The notes: generated from the sequence alone by a model not told the origin. Shown: positions 43,158 to 53,926, numbered from the stretch's first letter. The stretch: 64,000 bases of DNA from Clostridia bacterium (GCA_017516485.1 JAFXCH010000011.1:12184-76183), one strand, 5' to 3'. Program-made: numbers and translations.

Positions 43158-44633
43158 ATGAAAAAAAATAAAATTTCAATTGAAATACACAGCCTTATAA
43201 AAGATATTGTCAAAAACATCTGGGTTGTTATTCTTTGTGCTCTTATCGGCAGCATGGGCTTCTCGATATTTGATTATATGACCTATGAGCCTGCGTACAC
43301 TTCATCGGCTACCCTTTCTGTTCTGAACGGTACTACCAACACTGCTTCGTATTCAACATATACCGTTTCGGCTGAACAGGCAAATGTTCTTGTCAACATC
43401 TTTACGGAACCGATGATTAAAGAATACGCTGCAGAATACCTTGACGAGGACAGCTTCGACGGTAATATTTCAGCAACAGTTCTTGAGCAGACTAATTTTA
43501 TTGAACTGAAAGTAACATCGGATCATCCCGAAAAAGCATATAGACTCCTCAACGCAGTTATCAAAACACATCATAAAGTTTCACACAAAATTTTCAGAAA
43601 CGCCGGTCTTACAGTTATCAAAATGCCTACCGTGCCGACCGGCCCTTCAAACATTGCTTCGGATTCAGACCGTAAAATAGTGGTTACGGCTTTTGCAACA
43701 GTAGCCTTTGCTTTGATTGTTGTGTTCTCCGTTATGCGCAACACGGTTAAAAAAGAGAAGGATTTTGAAGACAATATAGATTCAAAACTTATCGGCACAA
43801 TTGCCCATGAAGATAAAAGAATGACCCTGAATGATATCTGGAAGAAAAAGAAAAAGGGTCTGCTTATTCACAACAACGCATATATAAGTCTGCGTTTTAC
43901 GGAAAGCTTCCATAAAATTGCCGCAAGGCTTGAACACGAAAAAAGCCGTACCGACAGCAAAGTTTTTGCAATCACAAGCGTTGCTGAAAACGAAGGCAAA
44001 TCAACATGTGCGGCAAACCTTGCGATTTCGCTTGCGGACAGAGGCCATAAGGTATTGCTTATTGACCTCGACTTTAAAAAGCCAGCAATTTTCAAAATAT
44101 TTGATGAAGAAACATCACGCAACGACAACCTTTCATATTTGCTCAGTAAAGAAACACCTCTTGAAAATTTTGTTTTCGGACGTTATAAAAAAACTTCGCT
44201 TTACCTTGCAATCAACACAAAGGCAAATCCGTCTTACTACAAATTTATCCGTGAAGGTAACATAGAAAATCTTATAAAAACGCTCAGACCGGATTATGAC
44301 TATATACTTATTGATACCGCTCCTCTTTCACTTGATTCAGCAGTAACAGACATAATCGGTATGGTCGATAAAACAGTACTTGTTATCCGTACGGATTCAG
44401 TAAGTATAAATGCAATCAACGACTCCATTTCAACAATCAGTAAAATCAGTGCTAATCTTGTCGGCTGTATACTCAATGATGTTCATATGAAGATGCTTCC
44501 GTTCAGTATTACGGGAAATGACGAGAGTAACGGTTACAGCCGATACGGCTACGGTAGATACTCCGGCTACGGTTACTACGGACACTACATCCACCACAAG
44601 CACGGCAGCAAAAAAGAAGAAGCTGTTAAGTAA
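43158..44633 (+). CDS. fused Wzz-type chain-length modulator / BY-kinase (tyrosine autokinase), copy 1
   Basis: Two TM helices flank an extracellular domain. Walker A ENEGKST, A' LLIDLDFKKP, B YDYILIDTAP. Tyr-rich tail YSRYGYGRYSGYGYYGHY. Confidence 0.8.
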   Translation: MKKNKISIEIHSLIKDIVKNIWVVILCALIGSMGFSIFDYMTYEPAYTSSATLSVLNGTTNTASYSTYTVSAEQANVLVNIFTEPMIKEYAAEYLDEDSFDGNISATVLEQTNFIELKVTSDHPEKAYRLLNAVIKTHHKVSHKIFRNAGLTVIKMPTVPTGPSNIASDSDRKIVVTAFATVAFALIVVFSVMRNTVKKEKDFEDNIDSKLIGTIAHEDKRMTLNDIWKKKKKGLLIHNNAYISLRFTESFHKIAARLEHEKSRTDSKVFAITSVAENEGKSTCAANLAISLADRGHKVLLIDLDFKKPAIFKIFDEETSRNDNLSYLLSKETPLENFVFGRYKKTSLYLAINTKANPSYYKFIREGNIENLIKTLRPDYDYILIDTAPLSLDSAVTDIIGMVDKTVLVIRTDSVSINAINDSISTISKISANLVGCILNDVHMKMLPFSITGNDESNGYSRYGYGRYSGYGYYGHYIHHKHGSKKEEAVK

Positions 44634-44665
44634 TTTAAAATTCTGACTGAAAGAAAGATTTGACA

Positions 44666-46132
44666 ATGAATCAGACAACTGAAAACAAAAAAGATATATT
44701 TGTTACGGTTTATCTTAACGATATAATCAAGGCACTGCATAGATTCTGGTGGGTTTGTGTTGCTGCCGCTGTAATGTTTGGCGGTTGCAGTGCATTATAC
44801 CAGAAAATAAACTATGTTCCGCAATATACATCGAGCATTACTCTTACCGTAAACACACAGAATGAAAGCACAACGATAAGCGGTGTTTCGGTTTACACCT
44901 TCTATTACGATACAAATACAGCATCTCTGCTTTCTACAACCTTCCCCTATATTCTCAACTATAATTTGCTCCAGGAAGCAGTGTGTGAAGATCTCGGCGT
45001 TTCATATATGCCTGCAAGATTAAATGCAACAGCAGTACCCGGAACCAATATGTTTACCATTACGGCAACAGGCTCTGACCCGAAGCTCACATACGATGTG
45101 TTACAATCAGCAGTAGAAAACTATCCGCGCTTTGCAAAATATGTTGTCGGCACTATTACTTTCGAAATTCTCAAACAGCCTACAATTGCAACCTCACCAT
45201 CAAACGAAGTAAACTACTTGAATGAATCGGTCAAAGGTGTTGCAATCGGTGCGCTTTTCGGTCTGCTTTTCATTTTGGTTTATATTCTTCAGCGTAAAAC
45301 CGTTAAGACAAAAATCGATATTAAAAATCAGCTCAACCTTGATACTCTCGCAATTGTTCCTAAGGTTACATTCAAAAAGAAAGCCATGCCGGGCGATAAA
45401 ACTCTGCTCTTCACAAATCCGGATATAAGAAGCGAGTTCTCCGAGGCATTTCGTGTGCTCAGAAATATATTTATTTCTTCTCTCAACAAGAAAGAAAAAA
45501 TTGTTATGGCAACAAGTTCTGTTCCGGGTGAAGGTAAAACCACAATAATAACAAACCTCGCCCTTTCGCTTGCTGACCACGGTGAAAACGTTCTTCTTTT
45601 TGACGCAGATATCAGGCACCCCAGTATCGCTCCGCTTCTGGGTATCGATACTGAAAAAGTTGAATATGAAACGGTTACAGACTTATATAAAATTATCTAT
45701 GCAAAAGATTACGGTCTCAGGATTCTTTTGCCGACTGTAAACGAAGAATCGGACAAAAGCTATATCAGTTCATCAAATATCAAAAAAATGTTCGATGAGC
45801 TGAGAGATTCATACGACTATATACTTGTAGACACTCCTCCCTGCGGTCTTATTTCCGATGCTCTGTTTATTGCACAGCACGCGGATGCAGCTGTTTTTAT
45901 AACCTATCAGGATGCTGTCAGAATTTCGAGAATCAAAAAAAATCTGGACACCCTTATGTCAACCGATATACGTATTCTCGGATGTGTGCTCAACGGAACA
46001 GCTAAGGGATTTTCCGGCTACGGTTACGGAAAATACGGCTACGGTTACGGCTATGGAAAATACGGCTATGGCTACGGTTACGGAGAATACGGTGAATCGG
46101 ATAAGAAGAAAAGTCGCAAAAGGCACGAATAA
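44666..46132 (+). CDS. fused Wzz-type chain-length modulator / BY-kinase, copy 2
   Basis: Walker A PGEGKTT, A' LLFDADIRHP, B YDYILVDTPP. Tail GYGYGKYGYGYGYGKYGYGYGYGEYG. Confidence 0.8.
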   Translation: MNQTTENKKDIFVTVYLNDIIKALHRFWWVCVAAAVMFGGCSALYQKINYVPQYTSSITLTVNTQNESTTISGVSVYTFYYDTNTASLLSTTFPYILNYNLLQEAVCEDLGVSYMPARLNATAVPGTNMFTITATGSDPKLTYDVLQSAVENYPRFAKYVVGTITFEILKQPTIATSPSNEVNYLNESVKGVAIGALFGLLFILVYILQRKTVKTKIDIKNQLNLDTLAIVPKVTFKKKAMPGDKTLLFTNPDIRSEFSEAFRVLRNIFISSLNKKEKIVMATSSVPGEGKTTIITNLALSLADHGENVLLFDADIRHPSIAPLLGIDTEKVEYETVTDLYKIIYAKDYGLRILLPTVNEESDKSYISSSNIKKMFDELRDSYDYILVDTPPCGLISDALFIAQHADAAVFITYQDAVRISRIKKNLDTLMSTDIRILGCVLNGTAKGFSGYGYGKYGYGYGYGKYGYGYGYGEYGESDKKKSRKRHE

Positions 46133-46204
46133 ACCGAAAAGGTTTTTATCTGCACAGCAAAAATCAGTATTATTCAAATCTCTATAAAAGAAAGAGGTTT
46201 ATTT

Positions 46205-47410
46205 ATGGTAAATATACCTTTCAGTCCTCCGGATATAACTGAGGCAGAAATAAATGAAGTTTGTGAAGCACTCAGTTCAGGTTGGATAACAACCGGTCCG
46301 CGAACAAAAGAGTTTGAACGCAGAATCGCAGATTTCTGCGGTACGGAAAAAGCGGTTTGCCTTAATTCGGCAACTGCTGCTCTTGAGCTTAACCTGCGTG
46401 TGCTCGGTATCGGCGAAGGCGACGAAGTAATTGTGCCTGCTTACACTTATACCGCTTCCGCTTCGCCCGTGGCTCATGTCGGTGCAAAAATTGTATTCGT
46501 AGACTGTGCGCCCGGTTCGTTTGAAATGGATTACAACCTTATGGAGGCTGCAATAAACGAAAGAACAAAGGCAATAATACCCGTTGACCTTGCCGGTATT
46601 GTCTGCGACTATGACAGAATATTTGCTGCAGTTGAAAACAAAAAACATCTTTTCAACCCTGCCAATGATATTCAGCGTGCTATGGGTAGAGTTGCCGTTG
46701 TGGCAGACTGTGCTCACGCACTCGGTGCGGTGAAGGACGGCAAAAAAGCAGGACAGATTGCCGATTTTACTTCTTTCTCTTTCCACGCGGTAAAGAATCT
46801 GACTACGGCAGAGGGCGGTGCCGCAACCTGGAAGAGTATTCCAGGCATCGATAACGATAAGCTGTATCATCAGTATATGCTCTACAGCCTTCACGGTCAG
46901 TCCAAAGATGCTTTCAGCAAAACTCAGGCAGGTGCATGGGAGTACGATATTGTAGGCCCGTGGTACAAATGCAATATGACTGATGTTACTGCCGCAATCG
47001 GTTTAAAGCAGCTTGAAAGATATCCTTCTCTTATGCAAAGAAGAAAAGAAATTATAAACAGGTATAACAAGATGTGTGATTCTATCGGAATTACATATCT
47101 TGACCATTACGGTGAAAATCATTCTTCATCCGGACATCTTTACATAACAAGAATTCCCGGAATAAACGTAGAAACAAGGAACGCAATCATAACCGAAATG
47201 GCAGAGAGAGGCATCGCCTGTAACGTTCATTACAAGCCTCTGCCGATGATGACAGCATACAAAAATCTCGGCTATGTTATTGCAGATTTCCCCAATGCAT
47301 ACAGCTTCTTCGCTAACGAAATAACTCTTCCTCTGCATACAAAACTTACAGATGAAGAAGCAGATATTGTTTGTGAAAATTTTGCGGATGTTGTTAAAAA
47401 ATATATTTAA
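46205..47410 (+). CDS. DegT/DnrJ/EryC1/StrS family sugar aminotransferase
   Basis: FSFHAVKNLTTAEGG contains the PLP lysine. Typical N-terminus GWITTGPRTKEFE. Confidence 0.85.
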   Translation: MVNIPFSPPDITEAEINEVCEALSSGWITTGPRTKEFERRIADFCGTEKAVCLNSATAALELNLRVLGIGEGDEVIVPAYTYTASASPVAHVGAKIVFVDCAPGSFEMDYNLMEAAINERTKAIIPVDLAGIVCDYDRIFAAVENKKHLFNPANDIQRAMGRVAVVADCAHALGAVKDGKKAGQIADFTSFSFHAVKNLTTAEGGAATWKSIPGIDNDKLYHQYMLYSLHGQSKDAFSKTQAGAWEYDIVGPWYKCNMTDVTAAIGLKQLERYPSLMQRRKEIINRYNKMCDSIGITYLDHYGENHSSSGHLYITRIPGINVETRNAIITEMAERGIACNVHYKPLPMMTAYKNLGYVIADFPNAYSFFANEITLPLHTKLTDEEADIVCENFADVVKKYI

Positions 47411-47421
47411 GGAAGAACGTT

Positions 47422-48108
47422 ATGATATTGCGAAAATGGGAAAACCTTCCGCCTGAAATGCAGGTGCCCGAAGTAAAAGAATATTATGACCTGCTCAGTA
47501 AGAGAAAGTTCCAGCTTGTGTTAAAAAGAGCTTTTGATGTTGTAGTTTCTTTTCTTCTTCTGGTTATTCTTTCGCCTGCTTTTGCCGTTCTTGCAATCGC
47601 AATCAAGCTCGATTCCAAGGGTCCCGTTTTCTACCGTCAGACAAGAGTTACCCGCTACGGTGAAAAGTTCCGTATTTTCAAATTCCGCTCAATGGTAACA
47701 GATGCCGATAAAGGGTCGCTTCTGACTGTCGGCGGTGACTCAAGAATTACAAAAACAGGAAGGTTTATCCGCAAATATAAGCTCGACGAACTCAGTCAGC
47801 TTCTTGACGTTTTCAGGGGTACAATGACTTTTGTCGGTACACGTCCGGAAGTTCCGAAATATGTTGAAAAATATACTCCGGAGATGATGGCAACCCTCCT
47901 TATGCCTGCAGGAATAACCTCTGAAGCAAGCGTTTATTACAAAGATGAAAATGAGCTGCTTGATGCAGCACAAGATGTTGAAAAGACCTATCTCGAGGTT
48001 GTACTTCCCGATAAAATGAAATATAACCTTGCCGCAATCCGAAGCTTCAGCTTTATTGACGATATAAAAGTTATGATACTAACCGTTCTTGCAGTTTTTC
48101 GTAAATGA
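47422..48108 (+). CDS. small monotopic phosphoglycosyl (bacterial sugar) transferase, priming enzyme
   Basis: Motifs KRAFDVVVSFLLLVILSP, GPVFYRQTRV, FKFRSM and DELSQLLDVFRGTMTFVGTRPE. Confidence 0.85.
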   Translation: MILRKWENLPPEMQVPEVKEYYDLLSKRKFQLVLKRAFDVVVSFLLLVILSPAFAVLAIAIKLDSKGPVFYRQTRVTRYGEKFRIFKFRSMVTDADKGSLLTVGGDSRITKTGRFIRKYKLDELSQLLDVFRGTMTFVGTRPEVPKYVEKYTPEMMATLLMPAGITSEASVYYKDENELLDAAQDVEKTYLEVVLPDKMKYNLAAIRSFSFIDDIKVMILTVLAVFRK

Positions 48109-48118
48109 GGATTTTCAG

Positions 48119-49255
48119 ATGAAAAAAAGACAGCACCTTATAGCGCTTCTTACAAATAACGATGACGATATTTACTGCTTTCGTAAAGAGCTTATTGAAA
48201 ATATAATCGATGCCGGATACGAAATGCTTATATCCTGTCCCGATGGTGAGAAGTTTGAGCTGATGAAGCATATTGAATACCGCTACGATAACCCCGAGAT
48301 AGACAGACGAGGTACGAACATCGTTGCGGATTTCAAGCTTTTCCTTCATTACTTCAGGCTTTTTGTGAAAAACAAGCCTTCGGTTGTGCTTACATATACC
48401 GCTAAGCCGAATGTTTATGCGGGAATAGCGGCGTACCTGCTCGGAATTCCGTGTATCAGTAATGTAACGGGTTTCGGAAGCGTACTTAACGCAAGCGGAT
48501 TCAAGCAGAAAATTATAATGTCGCTTTTCAGGTTTGCGTTCCGCCGTTCAACCTGCGTTATGTTCCAGAATTCAACCAATATGAAGCTTGCCGAAGAATC
48601 AGGTATGGTCAAAGGGGAACATAAGCTTATTCCGGGCTCGGGTGTAAACACCGAAAGATATCCGCTTCAGCCTTACCCCGATGGCGGAAACGGCAAAGAC
48701 GGCGAAAAGATAGTGTTCAACTATATAGGCAGAATTATGCACGATAAAGGCGTTGACGATTATATTGAAGCCGCAAAAAGAATAAAAGCGGAATATCCCG
48801 ACACCGAATTCAATATGCTCGGTTTTATTGAGCCGACGGAAAAAAAATATTACGAATCTGAACTTTACGACCTTGAAGAAAAGGATATTATCAGATACAG
48901 AGGCAGTCTTAAAGATGTCAAGCCGTTTATTGCCGCATCTCACGCAACAATTCATCCGTCTACTTACGGTGAAGGTATGAGCAATGTGCTTCTTGAAAGC
49001 GCATCAAGCGGCAGACCAATAATTTCAACTGATAATCCGGGCTGTATGGAAACCTTTGTTGACGGTGAAACGGGCTTTATTTATCACGGCGGAGATGTGG
49101 ATGCGCTGTGTGAACAGATAAAGAAATTCCTCGCCCTGCCCAATGAAGAAAGAAAAGCAATGGGCGAAAAGGGAAGAGAATACATAAAAAACAATTTCTC
49201 AAGAGATATTGTTATAAAAGCATATCTCGAGAAAATAAACAGCTTGTGCAAATAA
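48119..49255 (+). CDS. glycosyltransferase family 4
   Basis: C-terminal EGMSNVLLESASSGRPIISTDNPGCMETFVDGETGF (the E-x7-E region). ATG at 48119 follows GAGGA. Confidence 0.8.
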   Translation: MKKRQHLIALLTNNDDDIYCFRKELIENIIDAGYEMLISCPDGEKFELMKHIEYRYDNPEIDRRGTNIVADFKLFLHYFRLFVKNKPSVVLTYTAKPNVYAGIAAYLLGIPCISNVTGFGSVLNASGFKQKIIMSLFRFAFRRSTCVMFQNSTNMKLAEESGMVKGEHKLIPGSGVNTERYPLQPYPDGGNGKDGEKIVFNYIGRIMHDKGVDDYIEAAKRIKAEYPDTEFNMLGFIEPTEKKYYESELYDLEEKDIIRYRGSLKDVKPFIAASHATIHPSTYGEGMSNVLLESASSGRPIISTDNPGCMETFVDGETGFIYHGGDVDALCEQIKKFLALPNEERKAMGEKGREYIKNNFSRDIVIKAYLEKINSLCK

Positions 49256-49268
49256 GGGAGTCGGAGTT

Positions 49269-50594
49269 ATGTACACAAATCTTTTTGAAAAAATAATCAA
49301 CAAAGAAGAAAAAATTTCTCTTGTAGGTCTCGGTTATGTAGGTATGCCTATAGCTGTTGCCTTTGCAAAAAAGGTTGACGTAATAGGTTATGATCTCAAC
49401 GCTAAAAAAATTGAACTTTACAAAAGCGGTATCGACCCCACACTCGAGGTTGGTGACGAGGCTATAAAAAATACTACAGTTGAGTTTACTTCTGACGAAA
49501 CAAAGCTCCGTGAGGCGAAGTTCCACATTGTTGCCGTGCCTACTCCGGTTAACGATGACCATACTCCGGACCTTACTCCTGTTGAGGGCGCAAGCCGTAT
49601 CCTCGGCAGAAACCTTACAAAGGGCTCTATAGTTGTTTTTGAGTCAACGGTATATCCCGGAGTTACAGAAGATGTATGCGTGCCTATTCTTGAAAAAGAA
49701 TCGGGCCTTAAGTGCGGTGTTGATTTCAAAATCGGTTATTCACCCGAGCGTATCAATCCCGGTGATAAGGTACACAGACTTGAAACCATCGTAAAAATCG
49801 TTTCGGGTATGGATGCTGAAACTCTTGATATTGTCGCAAAGGTTTATGAGCTTGTTGTTGAGGCAGGTGTTCACCGTGCAGAAAGCATCAAGGTCGCCGA
49901 GGCTGCAAAGGTTATCGAAAACAGCCAGCGCGATATAAATATTGCGTTTATGAACGAGCTTTCAATCATTTTCAATAAGATGGGAATTGATACAAAGGCA
50001 GTACTTGAGGCTGCAGGCACAAAGTGGAATTTCCTTAAATTCTTCCCCGGTCTTGTCGGCGGTCACTGTATCGGCGTTGACCCCTATTATCTTACATACA
50101 AAGCTGAACAGCTGGGTTATCACAGCCAGGTTATCCTTGCAGGCAGAAGAATTAACGACGATATGGGCAAGTATGTTGCCGAAAACGTAGTCAAGAAGCT
50201 TATTGCTGCAGGCAAGAACGTAAAAGACGCAAAGGTTGCAATTCTCGGCTTTACCTTTAAAGAGAATTGCCCCGATACCAGAAACACCAGAGTTATCGAC
50301 ATAATGAATGAGCTTGGCGAGTACGGTATCGTTCCTGTTGTCGCTGACCCTGTTGCTGATGCAGAAGAGGGTAAGATTCACTACGGAATCGAGTTTGCAG
50401 ATATCAGCACAGTCAGAGATATGGATGCGGTTATTATTGCTGTCGGTCATACAGAGTTTATGAGCTTTGAAATGAGCGATATCGATTCAATGTTTGCTGC
50501 CGGAGATAATTCCGATAAGGTTATCATTGATGTCAAGGGTGTTCTTGACAGAAAAACTTATTCAGAAGCAGGCTATCAGTACTGGAGGCTTTGA
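49269..50594 (+). CDS. UDP-N-acetyl-hexosamine 6-dehydrogenase (TviB/WbpO/Cap5O-like nucleotide-sugar dehydrogenase)
   Basis: Motifs GLGYVGMPIAVAFA and GGHCIGVDPYYL (catalytic Cys). About 441 aa. Confidence 0.8.
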   Translation: MYTNLFEKIINKEEKISLVGLGYVGMPIAVAFAKKVDVIGYDLNAKKIELYKSGIDPTLEVGDEAIKNTTVEFTSDETKLREAKFHIVAVPTPVNDDHTPDLTPVEGASRILGRNLTKGSIVVFESTVYPGVTEDVCVPILEKESGLKCGVDFKIGYSPERINPGDKVHRLETIVKIVSGMDAETLDIVAKVYELVVEAGVHRAESIKVAEAAKVIENSQRDINIAFMNELSIIFNKMGIDTKAVLEAAGTKWNFLKFFPGLVGGHCIGVDPYYLTYKAEQLGYHSQVILAGRRINDDMGKYVAENVVKKLIAAGKNVKDAKVAILGFTFKENCPDTRNTRVIDIMNELGEYGIVPVVADPVADAEEGKIHYGIEFADISTVRDMDAVIIAVGHTEFMSFEMSDIDSMFAAGDNSDKVIIDVKGVLDRKTYSEAGYQYWRL

Positions 50595-50596
50595 TA

Positions 50597-51571
50597 ATGG
50601 GTTACAGACATCTTGTTTTCACTGAAAATTCACTCTTTCTTGTTACAGGCGGTGCAGGTTTTATCGGCTCAAACCTCTGCGAAGCAATCCTTGAAATGGG
50701 TTACAGAGTCCGTTGCCTTGACGATTTGTCAACAGGCTCACAGAAGAATGTTGATATGTTCCTTTCAAATCCGAATTATGAATTTATAAAGGGTGATATA
50801 AAAGATTTTGACACCTGCATGAAAGCTTGTGAAGGTGTAGACTATGTTCTCAATCAGGCTGCATGGGGCAGCGTTCCCAGAAGCATTGAAATGCCGCTTT
50901 TCTACTGTGCAAATAACATCAGCGGTACTTTAAATATGCTTGAAGCCGCAAGACAGAACAATGTTAAAAAATTTGTTTATGCTTCAAGTTCATCTGTTTA
51001 CGGTGATGAGCCGAATCTTCCCAAGAAGGAAGGCAGAGAGGGCAATCTCCTTTCGCCTTATGCACTCACAAAGAGATGCGACGAGGAATGGGCGAAGCAG
51101 TATACAAGGCATTACGGCCTTGATACCTACGGTCTGCGCTATTTTAATGTTTTCGGCAGAAGGCAGACTCCCGACGGTGCTTATGCCGCAGTTATTCCGA
51201 AATTTATCAAAATGCTTATAAACGGCGAAACTCCCACAATCAACGGTGACGGTAAGCAGAGCCGTGATTTCACATATATCGAAAACGTTATTGAGGCAAA
51301 CCTCAAGGCCTGCCTTGCTCCGCACGAAGCTGCAGGCGAGGCGTTCAATGTTGCTTACGGCGGCAGAGAATATCTGATTGATATTTACTACGGACTTACA
51401 AAAGCTCTGAATGTAGATATCGAGCCTAACTTCGGCCCCGACAGAGCAGGCGATATAAAACACAGCAATGCCGATGTTTCAAAGGCAAAAGAACTGCTCG
51501 GCTACGACCCTGAATGGAGCTTTGAAAAGGGAATTGAAGCCGCTATTGCGTGGTACAAGGAAAATTTATGA
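50597..51571 (+). CDS. NAD-dependent epimerase (TviC/WbpP-like)
   Basis: Motifs VTGGAGFIGSNL, ASSSSVYG and YALTKRCDE (YxxxK). ATG at 50597 lies 7 nt after GGAGG. Confidence 0.8.
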   Translation: MGYRHLVFTENSLFLVTGGAGFIGSNLCEAILEMGYRVRCLDDLSTGSQKNVDMFLSNPNYEFIKGDIKDFDTCMKACEGVDYVLNQAAWGSVPRSIEMPLFYCANNISGTLNMLEAARQNNVKKFVYASSSSVYGDEPNLPKKEGREGNLLSPYALTKRCDEEWAKQYTRHYGLDTYGLRYFNVFGRRQTPDGAYAAVIPKFIKMLINGETPTINGDGKQSRDFTYIENVIEANLKACLAPHEAAGEAFNVAYGGREYLIDIYYGLTKALNVDIEPNFGPDRAGDIKHSNADVSKAKELLGYDPEWSFEKGIEAAIAWYKENL

Positions 51572-52686
51572 GTAAAGGTACGATAATTTATTACGGCGGT
51601 TTTACTCTGCCTGATAAAAGTGCAGCGGCAAACAGAGTTGTTTCAAATGGTAAAATTTTTTCTTCCCTCGGTTACAAAACAGCCTTTATCGGTGTGTCGG
51701 AAGAAAAGTTTGAAGGTATAAGACCCATTCCGGGCCATGAAGATATGTTTGAGATTGCTCATCCCGATTCAACATCGCAGTGGCTTAAGCATATGTTCAG
51801 TGTCGAGCATATATTAAGCCTTGCCGACAAATACAGCGATGTGCGCAAGGTCATTCTTTACAATGTGCCGATGTTCACTCTGTTGAAAGCAAAAAAAGTT
51901 TTTGCAAAGAAAAACATTGAGGTCTGCTACGACTGTACCGAATGGACCAAGGATACCGACGGTTCATTGCCCAAGAGAATTTTCAAAATATTTGATGAAT
52001 TTCTCATAAGTAATTTTGCTCATAAGGTTGCTGACGGTATGATCGTCATAAGCTCAGTGATGAAGAAAAAGTATAAAGCGTGCCGAAATCTGCTTGTTCT
52101 TCCTCCGCTTATTGATATAAACGATGAAATATGGCATCAGCAGCCCGCAAATCACGAAGATGTTTTTGAATTCTGCTTTGCAGGTATTCCCGACGGTAAA
52201 AAAGAAAGTCTTGATAAAGTTGTCAAAGCATTCTGCAGTATTGACAGGAATGATATCCGCTTACGCATTATCGGCATAACGGAAGATGATTTCAACAGTA
52301 TTTATCCCGAATGTAAAATACCGAAAAATGCAAGGGACAGAATAATATTTATGGGCAGACTTTCTCACAGGGAAACCGTAAAATATATTCTCGGTTGCAA
52401 CTGCTACATATTTATCCGTCGCTCGGATAAACGTAACAATGCAGGATTCCCGACGAAGTTTGCCGAAAGCTACACCTGTGGTGTACCGATTATTACAACA
52501 GATGTAAGTGATGTCGGTGAGTACATAAAAAAATCCGGCAAAGGCAGTTTGCTTAAAGATATGACAAAAGAAAACATATCCGAAGCTATGCTCTGTCAGA
52601 TTGAAAATAAAAGCCAATCAAAAGGATTAGATAAAACTTTTCACTACGAATCATTCGGTCAGCCGACTGAAAACTGGCTTCAATAA
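51568..52686 (+). CDS. glycosyltransferase (GT4-like)
   Basis: C-terminal GFPTKFAESYTCGVPIITTDVSDVGEYI. ATGA overlap with the preceding gene. Confidence 0.65.
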   Translation: MSKGTIIYYGGFTLPDKSAAANRVVSNGKIFSSLGYKTAFIGVSEEKFEGIRPIPGHEDMFEIAHPDSTSQWLKHMFSVEHILSLADKYSDVRKVILYNVPMFTLLKAKKVFAKKNIEVCYDCTEWTKDTDGSLPKRIFKIFDEFLISNFAHKVADGMIVISSVMKKKYKACRNLLVLPPLIDINDEIWHQQPANHEDVFEFCFAGIPDGKKESLDKVVKAFCSIDRNDIRLRIIGITEDDFNSIYPECKIPKNARDRIIFMGRLSHRETVKYILGCNCYIFIRRSDKRNNAGFPTKFAESYTCGVPIITTDVSDVGEYIKKSGKGSLLKDMTKENISEAMLCQIENKSQSKGLDKTFHYESFGQPTENWLQ

Positions 52687-52708
52687 ATTTAAAGGAAGGA
52701 GGAAGAAT

Positions 52709-53926
52709 ATGCTCAAGAAAGGATTGACTTACGGTTTATTTCAGAAAATCGCCGTACTTTATATTATTATCTGGACTATTTCTCCTCCTTTACAGGTTGA
52801 TTTAATATACCGTCTGATAGCTCTCGCCTGTGCCGTTGTATGGGTAGTAATATGGGTTATCAGAGAAAACCCGATTACATTCGGAAAAGAACAAATTGCG
52901 GCAGTTTTCTTTCTGATAGCGGTCTTATTGGTTGTTTTTTTTGAAAAGTACGATTTTGAAAGTATTATAAAACAAATTGCACTTATTATGCTTGTTATCT
53001 GTTTTATGATGACGTATTTTTATGACGACAAGTGGGATGAGCTTGCAGGTATTGTACCTATCGTTCTTATTCTCCTTACGGTATGGAATTACAAAACTTT
53101 TAATATCCTTGTTGAAGATCATACTATTGCAAGGCTTCTGGTACGCGATGACGAAACAACTTATCAATATCTGAGGCAAGGCATCGGCGGTTACAGCCTT
53201 ATATATCCGCAGGCGTGTATATCGCCTCTTATATTGGCTTGGATTTACAAATCATTCAAGCACAACAAACTCTTTTTTGTAATAGGTGTAGCGTGGACAT
53301 ATACATACGTAAGACTCATTGAGCTTGCAGGTTACTCTATTGCTCTTTTCACAAGTGCCATAGGTCTGATCCTTCTCGTTTTTTACAGAGGTAAAAATAT
53401 AATAGTTGCATTTATTATTACCATTTTGGCTTTTGCCGGAATTATGGCGGCGATAATGTATATTGCTCCTTTCAGGGAGTGGATACTCGAAACCTTTGAC
53501 GGTACAGCTGTTGCCCGAAAAGTAAACGACCTTGTTTACGGTTCGGAAACAGGTGTAACCGGTGACTCCATCCAGGTTCGTATTAACGCTTACTCGGCCA
53601 GCATAATGGATATGATAAGGTATCCGTTAATCGGTTCACTCTGGCGTGAAAGCGGCGGCGGACATTCAGCACTGTTGGATATTACGTCGAAATACGGTAT
53701 CCTTGGCGGATACGCTTTTTCAATGATGTTTTATCATGTGCCGCTTCACTACAAACACCGTTACAGCGATAAATTCATAATGCGTACAGCTAATGCCACT
53801 CTTGTAACACTCCTCTTTGTCTCGTTACTTGATTCTTACAACTATTCGTTCACGTGTATGGTAATGATTGTCTCATCGCTTATCTTTGAGGATATTATAA
53901 AATGGACCGGAGCTGAAAAAACATGA
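52709..53926 (+). CDS. Wzy-type polysaccharide polymerase / O-antigen ligase-like membrane protein
   Basis: About 10-11 TM helices with a larger loop near the C-terminus. Located inside the glycosyltransferase block. Confidence 0.6.
   Translation: MLKKGLTYGLFQKIAVLYIIIWTISPPLQVDLIYRLIALACAVVWVVIWVIRENPITFGKEQIAAVFFLIAVLLVVFFEKYDFESIIKQIALIMLVICFMMTYFYDDKWDELAGIVPIVLILLTVWNYKTFNILVEDHTIARLLVRDDETTYQYLRQGIGGYSLIYPQACISPLILAWIYKSFKHNKLFFVIGVAWTYTYVRLIELAGYSIALFTSAIGLILLVFYRGKNIIVAFIITILAFAGIMAAIMYIAPFREWILETFDGTAVARKVNDLVYGSETGVTGDSIQVRINAYSASIMDMIRYPLIGSLWRESGGGHSALLDITSKYGILGGYAFSMMFYHVPLHYKHRYSDKFIMRTANATLVTLLFVSLLDSYNYSFTCMVMIVSSLIFEDIIKWTGAEKT

Noticed and set aside
46277-46894. A 205-aa minus-strand ORF. 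The same applies to similar antisense ORFs at 3796-4341, 1598-2095, 20778-21278, 33421-33906, 49962-50450 and 50990-51463.
   Set aside because: All are embedded antisense in genes with strong family motifs, which is typical shadow-ORF behaviour.
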